DNA of 64,000 nucleotides from an uncultured Eubacteriales bacterium (GTDB lineage Bacteria; Bacillota; Clostridia; Christensenellales; Borkfalkiaceae): NCBI GenBank assembly GCA_905209085.1, contig CAJLRM010000001.1, positions 328,289 to 392,288 of the forward strand, read 5' to 3'. Shown piece by piece: positions 17,644 to 26,600 of this stretch (position 1 is its first letter; each line of letters starts with the position of its first letter). The notes under the pieces were generated by a model. It saw only the letters and a program-made list of their open reading frames with translations, ran no database searches and was not told where the DNA came from. The position numbers and the translations under genes were made by a program.

Positions 17644-18144
17644 TTATTTACTCTTCTTTAATATATTACATTTTATTCCTGTGGCAGAAATAAAAATTCC
17701 CGAATTATTATTTATCTCTTCATTATTTAACTTAAACACATACAAATTATCATACGTATAAAGTCCAGTACGTTCTTCTAATTCTTTAGCTGACGATAAT
17801 TGAATAAAGGGTCTTTTTTCATCCATAGTCCAATAAAAGGGACTTGCTATCATTTGCGGAAAAGTAAAGGTAATTTCAATTTCAGGTTCTACATAAGTTG
17901 AATCTATACATCCACATAAAATGATGTACTCTCTATCAATGCTTTTATAAATAAAATCCATCCAACACCAATCAGACAAAAATTTATTTATTTTATTAAT
18001 TGTTGCTTGCACAGATTCTAAAGACATAGGCTTCATTAATTGTGTTCTATAATCCAATTCATCTTGAGCTTTTTCAATAATATTTTTGTTTTTTCTGATA
18101 AATTGTTCCGTTTTTTCTTCACCTGTCATTTCTTTTTTATTCAT
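17644..18144 (-). CDS. Putative immunity protein for the truncated orphan toxin 18165..18743.
   Basis: 166 aa, low GC. It starts 20 nt after the toxin stop and has no recognised domain. Confidence 0.45.
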   Translation of the reverse strand: MNKKEMTGEEKTEQFIRKNKNIIEKAQDELDYRTQLMKPMSLESVQATINKINKFLSDWCWMDFIYKSIDREYIILCGCIDSTYVEPEIEITFTFPQMIASPFYWTMDEKRPFIQLSSAKELEERTGLYTYDNLYVFKLNNEEINNNSGIFISATGIKCNILKKSK

Positions 18145-18164
18145 AAATCCTCCCGTTATTTAAC

Positions 18165-18743
18165 TTATATAGAAAGGTGTGTCATTACTGCCGCATAAGC
18201 ATTAAAGTTTGGATTAACCATCCCATTTCTAAAAAATTCTTGAAGCACTGATTCATGATACCATACCCTATCTAAACCGAGATATGACCACCCTTTTCCA
18301 TGAATATTTTTTGCCACTCTAAAAATATATTGTGAACTAGTATATTGAGCATTTCCTGCATGGATTCTAACTTGATATTTTACTCCACCTTCACTCCAAG
18401 TATATTTCCATTGTCCATTTTTACTATTATTTACTAAATCGGGAATATCTTTCCTCGTATATCCATTTTGTCTTAAAGCCTCATCTAAATAATCATATGC
18501 ACAATCATTATGAACCAATACGTCATTTTCGGTGACATAGTAAGTATGGAAGTCCTTTACTTCAAAGTTGTACTTCGTTTCCGCCTTTGCCAGCTCTTCT
18601 TTCTCTATCTTCTCTATCTTTACCTGGCTTCCGTCCGAAAGCGTCAATTTATCTTCTTCCGTTAAATCTTTCGCTTCTACGAATCCTTTTCCCTCTACAT
18701 AAAACCGATGCCCTCCCGTACATACGATCTCTTCCCCTTCCAC
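18165..18743 (-). CDS. 5'-truncated orphan: Hint C-half plus a ~115-aa toxin of unknown family. Probably a silent remnant.
   Basis: The region 18500..18830 is near-identical to 14905..15240 (Hint C-half: EEIVCTGGHRFYVEGKGFVEAKDL...DFHTYYVTENDVLVHN). The cassette then switches to a different toxin (DCAYDYLDEALRQNGYTRKDIPDLVNNSKNGQWKYTW...). The Hint N-half, TM helices and any start codon are deleted upstream of ~18830. Confidence 0.55.
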   Translation of the reverse strand: MEGEEIVCTGGHRFYVEGKGFVEAKDLTEEDKLTLSDGSQVKIEKIEKEELAKAETKYNFEVKDFHTYYVTENDVLVHNDCAYDYLDEALRQNGYTRKDIPDLVNNSKNGQWKYTWSEGGVKYQVRIHAGNAQYTSSQYIFRVAKNIHGKGWSYLGLDRVWYHESVLQEFFRNGMVNPNFNAYAAVMTHLSI

Positions 18744-18913
18744 AAATACATGATACCATTCGTCCGTTTTTCCTCGGAACAGCCTTACTACTTCTTTATA
18801 CGCCTGTTTCCCTGTTTCTTCGTCATAGGCAAGACTTTATCTTCAAGTTTTCGTGTAATTTTTATCTCGAAAAATGGATGGCTTCAAAAAAGTCATCCAT
18901 TCCCCTCTAATTA

Positions 18914-19117
18914 TTAATAATCCGAAATAATCATAAAATTTGTCGATTTCCCATCAAAATTTCGAAATGTCAGTTCATGAATATTCTTTCTATTAACATT
19001 CACATAATAATTTTTTAATATGTTAACAGCTTCTTTTAAAGATTCCGCCTTAACGGCTGCAACATCAGCATCCTCTTCAAAATTTTGATTTCTTTCATAA
19101 TATATAAAAGTTTTCAT
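18914..19117 (-). CDS. Putative immunity protein for the orphan toxin 19129..20031.
   Basis: 67 aa. It starts 11 nt after the toxin stop. Confidence 0.45.
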   Translation of the reverse strand: MKTFIYYERNQNFEEDADVAAVKAESLKEAVNILKNYYVNVNRKNIHELTFRNFDGKSTNFMIISDY

Positions 19118-19128
19118 ATCTTATCTCC

Positions 19129-20031
19129 TCAATACCATTTGTTTATGCCTTGAATAATATCATCTATATTATCCTTAATAAATTTAAGCATTTTTCGTTG
19201 AGTATTTTTATTCATCTTTGATTTAACTAAAATATTTCCTGTTGCATCAACCGAAGCCAATTTTTGATTTTTCCAGTTAATATGAGCGTGCGGGGTTTTA
19301 TGATTTACTTCACCACCAACAGATACTTTAGCGTTCCACCCATTCTCGTCCCCTGCAACCAACTCCTGTTTGCATTTATTATGAACCAACACAGCCTTTT
19401 CAGAAACAAAATAAGTATGGAAATCTTCCACTTCAAGGTTATAGGTTGTTTCAGGGGCAGACAGCTCTTCGGTCTTAACGCTTTGTATTATACCATATTC
19501 ACCGTCAGAAAGCAAGACTTTATCGCCTTTTTTCAGTTTACAGGCGGATACCCATTTTTCTGACAATTCGTAATAGCTTTCATGTTCTTGACTGTCCCCT
19601 ACTTCACGATTTATCGTATTATCAGGCAGGTAATACTTATGTCCAGGCGTAGAAGTAATTTCGGTAACCGTTCCATTAACAGCAACAGAAACTGTACACC
19701 ATTTCATTGTTTCGTTTCGGAAAAGCCGTTTTACTTCTTTATACGCCTGTTCCCCCGTTTCTTCGTCGTATGCGAGTACTTTATCTCCGACTTCTACCTC
19801 CTCGATATTCTTGTACCCGTCCTCCGTCTTTACTTTTGTTCCCGCTATAAAACATTTTCCTGGATTACATTCCCCGCCTTGGCTGTTCGGGAGTTTTTCT
19901 CCTGTCACCCTGTTCTGCGCCGACGTCCGCAGCGCTTTCTTCCCCGCTACCTTCAATGTCGCCTGCAACGCCTTGAACGCCTGCCATACCGCGATTGCTG
20001 ACAACACTACGTCCACGACCGCGATCACCAC
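19129..20031 (-). CDS. Orphan toxin cassette: TM helix, Hint domain, then an ~85-aa toxin that may be a small HNH-like nuclease.
   Basis: 300 aa. Begins MVIAVVDVVLSAIAVWQAFKALQATLKVAGKK with a GTG first codon. The Hint domain runs CFIAGTKV...EDFHTYFVSEKAVLVHNKC. The toxin contains GGEVNHKTPHAHINWKNQ. Confidence 0.65.
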   Translation of the reverse strand: MVIAVVDVVLSAIAVWQAFKALQATLKVAGKKALRTSAQNRVTGEKLPNSQGGECNPGKCFIAGTKVKTEDGYKNIEEVEVGDKVLAYDEETGEQAYKEVKRLFRNETMKWCTVSVAVNGTVTEITSTPGHKYYLPDNTINREVGDSQEHESYYELSEKWVSACKLKKGDKVLLSDGEYGIIQSVKTEELSAPETTYNLEVEDFHTYFVSEKAVLVHNKCKQELVAGDENGWNAKVSVGGEVNHKTPHAHINWKNQKLASVDATGNILVKSKMNKNTQRKMLKFIKDNIDDIIQGINKWY

Positions 20032-20060
20032 AAATAGCAGATTTAGCCAGCTTGGCTCCT
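19705..20060. repeat. Copy 3 of the TM/Hint-N direct repeat.
   Basis: See 13385..13735. Confidence 0.6.
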
Positions 20061-20127
20061 TGATAAACGCCCTGTAAGCTTTAATTAGCCCACCTTAAAG
20101 ACTAAAGTTTTTTATTCAAACCAGCCA

Positions 20128-20165
20128 AATCAAGCGCTGTCATTTCTATTTGACAGCGCTTGATT
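20128..20165. terminator. Perfect 14-bp hairpin in the conserved inter-cassette element (copy 2), downstream of the main immunity gene.
   Basis: Same sequence as 15596..15636. Confidence 0.5.
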
Positions 20166-20181
20166 TTAAACTTATTCCTCT

Positions 20182-20562
20182 TCAATCAAGATCTTTACAA
20201 TAATGGCGATTTAAATCTACAATAGCACTACCCACTTCATTTATTCTATCCCAAACATCGCTATTTTCATTTCGTGCAGTTAAATCAAGACAGGGCCATC
20301 CATCTATAACCCTAAAATTTGAAGTAAGATTTCTCCTTTGATTCTTATGAGGAATATTATTGGTACTTATTTGATTCAGTAACATATCCATTTCGGGAAT
20401 CATTATTTCTTTTAATTCTTTAATTATAAAATCTATATTCCAGAATTTCAAATTTAACTTTTTTTTAATTGATTTATTAAGTGATTTTAAATATACTTCT
20501 AGAATACGCATTTTTTCTTTAACTTCAACAACTTCATTTTTAAAATTTTCTAATGTATACAT
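20182..20562 (-). CDS. Immunity protein cognate to the C-terminal toxin of the main Rhs protein.
   Basis: 126 aa. It starts 40 nt downstream of the rhs stop. It is a paralog of 15651..16025 with a conserved C-terminus (WPCLDLTARNENSDVWDRINEVGSAIVDLNRHYCKDLD). Confidence 0.6.
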   Translation of the reverse strand: MYTLENFKNEVVEVKEKMRILEVYLKSLNKSIKKKLNLKFWNIDFIIKELKEIMIPEMDMLLNQISTNNIPHKNQRRNLTSNFRVIDGWPCLDLTARNENSDVWDRINEVGSAIVDLNRHYCKDLD

Positions 20563-20602
20563 AATAACTTCCTCCTATATTCATATAAAAGCCATATAAC
20601 TT

Positions 20603-23600
20603 TTATATAAGTGCATTTTTTAATATTGCAATATAATATTGATAACCACCGCCCAATTGACCATTCAAAGGAATTACTTTTCCTTCTATTAATAACGTTC
20701 CTTTCTTGAGTATATAGGTTGCCATATGTTCTGCGCTATTTTGAGTAGAATCTAAGGCTAACGCTGAAATAGGATTAGCATATTGATTTGGGGTTACCCA
20801 ATGTCCTATAGGATTATTATTCCCATAGTATCGATATACTTTTATATCTTTTTGAGCCATACTCACTACTGCATCATCTCCAAACCCTTTCAACACTTCT
20901 TCATGATACTGTTTTGGCACATATTTGTCAAGATATTCTTGAACAGACATATCCACTTTTTGTGTAGAAGAAGTTTTAATAAACTTTTTAGCTTTCGTCA
21001 CTTTTACAGCAGCCAATAAACCTTTAAAGGCTTTCCATACTGCTATCAATGACAAAGCCACGTCTACTACTGCTATTACCAAAAATAGCAAATTCAACCA
21101 ACTTGGTTCTTTCCAAAACGCCTGACCCGCTTTTATAAGACCGTATACCGCCAAACCCAAAAACACCAAAGACACTACCAGACCGATAATCGCGCCGATT
21201 AAGTGCCCGCTCGGGTCCGCATGGTTTACGGGATTATTCAGACAGTAGCTGTATAGATTCTGTCCCCCAATCGTCGTTAGGTACTCGCTTGATACTATCC
21301 CCACGTTATCCGCGTTGATAAACCGTCTTATCTCCGCGTCATAGTACCGACTCTGTAAGTAGTACAACTTCGTGTCTTCGTCGTAATAATAGCCCTTATA
21401 CCGGAACGGATTGACCCGACCTATATGACTATTATACATCGTATTCTCTGTAATGTCAATACCCTCTTCGTTATAGACCCGGCATTTTCCCCACGCGTCG
21501 TATTCATATCTCGCCGCGATGCTTCCGTCTTCCTTACATACTCTTACGATATTCCCGCTCGTTCCGTATTGGTAATAGTATCTCCCGCTTTCGCTCGTCA
21601 GTCCGATGACCTTCTCTCCCGCGTACAGATAGCGATAGTACTTCGTTTCGCTTCCCTTCGTGATCCGCTCTCCGACTATCTTCCCGCCTACCGTATAATA
21701 CTGATGCGTCCGTCCGCCTTCCTGCTTCTCCACTCGGATATTATTGCTGTCGTATCTGTACGTCGCTATGTTCCCGTACTTCGTCAGCACCCTTCCTCTC
21801 TTCCATTCCAATACGTTCCCACGGTATTCCCCAGGGTTTCCCAATGCGTCGTAGCTGCCCGCAATACTCACTTCTCGACTCGTATTGTTCACCATGTCGT
21901 ATTCCGTGATACTCACAAGACGATTTTTGTTCCCGCTTGCGTAATGGTAACTCTCTTTCTTCTCCCACGTCTTCGAACTATTTGCCTGCGTATACACGTC
22001 ACCAAGGTTTCCGTCCGCGTCGTAACTGTAATAGTGATTCTTGCCGATAAACCCGTTTTCTTCGCTCACCAAACGATTGATATCGTCATAGCTGTATGTT
22101 ACGCTCTTGTTCGCGTCCGTGATCTTCTTGATGTTTCCGTTTTTGTCGTAGTCCGCGCTTTCCGTTCCGTATACATTTTTGCAGCGATACTGAATCGTCG
22201 ATAGATAATTCGTGCTTCCTTCCTGATACGTACAATTACAGCTATTCTTCCCTAACCGATTCTTATATCCGTAGCTTTCATAGAAATACTCCGCAGACGA
22301 GCTTGTTTCAGGCTTCAACCCCTCTTTCGTCAGCCGTCCTAATTCGTCGTATTTCAACGTCAGCGTATCTACCGCGCTTGTTCCCTCTGCTTTGTCATAC
22401 ATTCGGATTTCCTTGATTCGGTTATCCGGTATCACCTCTCCTTCTCCGTTCTTTTCATATTCGTATTGGTAAGAGTGATTCAGGCTAAGCCCCGACAATG
22501 TGTATTTCTCTTTTATTACACGACCGCCTTCGTCCAGTTCGCTTCTGTATTCCACTCCTCCCTCTGACGACGATAACGTACTATAATCAAATTCCCCGTT
22601 CTCTTTATAATTATATCGGTGGTAATACCATTTTTTTGCGTCCGTCGGCGTTCCAAGATCTATCGCCGGCATCTTATCTATCGTTTGATCTATCTCGTCC
22701 AGTTCTTCCCCGTGTTCGTCCGTTTTATAGTACACGCGGTAGCTTTCCACTTCTTCTCCGTATACCGCCTCGCCGTTCACCGTTCCCGTCTGCGTCTTTA
22801 TCTTCCGGCAGATCAAACCGCCTTTCTTATTATAGATCTCCTTGATTGCCGTTCCGTTCCCCAATACCACTTCTTCATAATCATACGTGCTTTCGTCCGT
22901 CGAGCTATACGTACTGTCCTTATAGCTCTTCACCGCTACCACTTCTTCTCCGTTCACATACGTCTTGAGGGCGTTCCCGAATCCGTCGTACGCGTATTCG
23001 TAATTCACTCCGTTCGCTCCCGTATCGATACTCGTCAGATAGCCGAGGTTGTACGAGTAATTCACTCCCACCGTCTGCGTCCGCACCGAGCCCCCAGGCG
23101 TGCTCCTTACCGACACCGACGTGGTGATCCCCAGAAGATACGTATTCGTCTTATCGTAACTGTACTGCACCGTTTGTCCGTTCGGCAATTTTACCGAACT
23201 TAAATTTTCGCTCGACGCATTATAATTCGTCGTCGTATACAGCTCGCTTCCGTCTTCGTCATATCCTCTTTCGTCATACGTATTCCTGATATACTCGTTG
23301 TTTGTATAGCTTTGTCTATGAATAAGCGTTTTATTGACTCCGTTCGCATAATGCGTTTTTTCTTTCGTCACGTTATTATATTTACTCGCGTTCGAGTATG
23401 TATATTCTTTTACGACGCCCCTGAAGTCCGTTTCTTTGATAAGCCGTCCGCTAGCGTCGTATTCGCTTTCCATCGCGAAACTCGCTTTGTCATCGGAGAT
23501 AAACTCCGTCCTTTCCACATTGTCGTCGCGCCTCTTATACAGCCTTATCCTTCCCGATTTATTCACGATTTCCGTGATTCCCGACGCCGCGTATTCGATG

Positions 23601-26600
23601 TCGAACAGACTGTATTTCTTTTCCGACTCTCCTTCTTTTTTAAACGTCAGCATCGTTCTTTTAGGCTCTGCGCCTCCGTCGTGCACTTCCCCGTCTATGA
23701 TTATCAAATCCGGGTTCTGCTGCATGGCAAGAATGTCCAGATAGTTTTTCTTTCTGTCCTTTACCGATACGCTTTCATATTTATGGAAAATATGATCGTT
23801 ATCTTTATACTCTATTCCCACCAGTTCGCTGATATCATACGTTTTCATATCCCGATTGGTATAAAATCTCGGCAGTCCTTTCGTGTATACCGCGTTTCCC
23901 TTTGTCAAAGAAATTCTGTCGAAATATGCCGCTCCGTTATTATAACTGTAATCGATATACACCTCTATCCGCTGCAATTTGGAAGGGTCGTTTACCACAA
24001 TGCCCTTCACCGCGAACTGCCAATCCGTCTTGAACGGGTCGAAATTTACTTCGGTCGTTTCGGAAGTCCCATCCGTATAAATTAATTTCGCAAGCAGACT
24101 AAACGTAGAATATTTATCTTGGGTCGTGCCGTTCGAGGTATTCGCCCCGCTAGTCGGCAGAGAATCCGCCTTCGCATAGCCGCTGAGCAGCAATCCCTCG
24201 CCTTTGCTTAATTTTAACTGCGAGGCGTATACCGTCTGACACAGCTGACGCTTCTGCGTATAGGAACTTTGGATTTTTAAAGAATAATTGCCGTCCACCG
24301 ACACGCCGTAATAGCGATTGGCGCTCGTTTCGTCTACGGGTACCCATTCCAGGCAGTCGGAAAGTCCTTCGAAACTTCCGTTTTTGAGAAAATTCTTTGC
24401 GAGGGCCAAAGGCCGCACTTCATAGGTATCGAACAAATTGAAATTTTTATATTTGGAAACGTCCGTCACGTATTTCTTATTTGCCGAAGCGTTCAGCTCG
24501 TTTTTGGTTTGATAGATACATTCGCAAAATCCGGAATCGCTCCATTGATAATTGTCCGCATACCCGTTTTCCGTGATCACCTTCGTCGTGTTATTTTCGT
24601 ATTTTATAACGATTTCCTTGCCCTCTTTCTCGTAAACCACGCCTTTATACGTCGAATAGGAAGAAACGCCGCCGTCGCCTGCCGTATACGCCGTGACTCC
24701 CGCCGCCGAAATTTCCTTATTGGAAGCGAAATCTTTAAGGGAAGTCGCCTTTCCGTTCGTATAGCCGATTTTCAATCTATACCCCGAACAGTCGCGCACA
24801 GACGTCAGAGAATAGCTATCGGCGCCTTCCCCGTAATGAAACTCCGATTCGCTGCCGTCGGGATAGCCGATTTTCGTCAAGCGACCGAAAGAATCATAGG
24901 TATAAGAAAATACCTTTCCGTCGGAAAACGTGATTTTATTAAGACAGCAAAGAGAATTGTACGCAAACGTCGCCCAATGTCCCGTCGAATCGCTGACTTT
25001 ACTGATTTTTCCGTCGCACGCGCCTTTTTCGAGAAGAATATAGTCCCCGTTGCGATCGATTATTTTATAAAGTTCGTTATTTCTGAAATAGAGAGTGGTT
25101 TCTTTGTCGTCCTTGATTCTCAATTCCCCGTCCGTTTCAAAGCAGCGCAGCTTTTTCCCCTGTTCGTCGAGATACTCGGTGGCGTAAACTACGTCCGTGA
25201 CGTTTCCCGCTCCGTCGTATACCGCCTTCCATTTTTTGCTTTCCGAAAAGACGATTTCGTCCCCGTTTTGATCGATATACAAAAAGCCTATCGAGTCCGT
25301 ATAGCCGTTCGCAGCGGTATTGATTTTAAATAAGAATTGCTGTAAATTTAATTTCCAGCCCCTGCCCACTCCTAAGTCGGGCGTATAATTATTTCTGCTG
25401 GTTTTTATATAGGAGGCGGCTTTGTCGAGAATATTATAGACGTGGGAAACGCTCAAAGAAAGGCGTTCGTTGTCCTCAAAGCCCGCGTCTTCGTGGACCA
25501 ATCTGTTTCGTCCCGTCCACAGATCCACCATATGCGTTCCGGCGCGTTTTATGTTATTCACCTGATATTCGTCGCTGACCCTACATCTGTTTTCCACATA
25601 GTTTATTGTAAGTTGCGGGATTTCGGAATCGTCTTCTGCTGTCTTTTCATTATGAAAGCTAAAAAAGTCACAGTATTGCTGTTCAAAAGAATCCTTCATC
25701 ATTAAACCGTAATTTGGATTGTTTTCCCATTCTTTCGCCAATTTCGTAATATCTATTTTCAAGGTATTATACTTTTTGGTGGAATATCTTACACGGCTAT
25801 ATATTTTGTTGTCAAAACTGGGACAATTATCCCATTTAAACGTCGTATTTTCATTCCAATTTGAAGTAACTTTATGTATATCGAAATATCCCGGATTATT
25901 TACATTTCCATCAAAACCAATTTGGTAAAGGGATAAAGTCGCCTCCAAAATTTTTCGTCCCTCAAAATTAGGCAATTTAAATTTTAAATAAGACCTGAAC
26001 ATTCCATAACCATCATCTCCAACACAATTATATCCGCTGTCGTCTATTATATATTCTCCCTTATTATTCTTTTGGTTCGTTACTTTTCTCGACAAACAAA
26101 AGTTTGAATCCCACTTCTGCTTTGTTTCGATCACGGGGTCGATCGTCACGGGAAAAGCTCTTCCTTCGGCGTTGATCCAATTCTCGTCCGCAATCACGCT
26201 GAAAATAAATTTATTTCCGCTCAGCCTTTCCAATTCGTACGTCACTTCGCCGCTCTTTTTCCCGTCGGCGTCGAACATATAGGGCATCGGAATGGTGAAA
26301 ATAGTTTCTTTCCCAAGAGCGCCGCTCTCTTCGTCTATCTTTTGGATAAACAGTTCCAAACGCTGTCCGTCCTCCGACAATTCCACGTTGAGATTTTTCA
26401 GTTTCAGTTCGAATTTATATTCGTAAGAATCCTGACGTTCTCTGACGATAATGTTTTCCTTGATCCTCTTCGGAGAGAGAATATATTGCAGATCCGTCCC
26501 CGGCGCGATATCGTTATATCGTATCTCGTCGGAGAGCTTCGTTTCCGCGCTCCTCTGCTTCCCGTTCGGCAAAAACGCGCAGGAGTCGTTCAAGGCGTCG

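Noticed and set aside
12300-20100. Tandemly repeated ~300-1100-bp segments that could superficially suggest a CRISPR-like or satellite array.
   Set aside because: The repeats are long coding duplications (Rhs core end, TM/Hint module) with unique toxin/immunity spacers of 0.5-1 kb. There are no short regular direct repeats and no cas genes.
20603-21000. Assignment of the main C-terminal toxin as an ADP-ribosyltransferase.
   Set aside because: Only a loose R/S-T/E pattern (VYRYY, LDSTQ, LLIEGK) is visible and the ExE motif is not convincing. It is left as an unknown toxin domain pending profile search.
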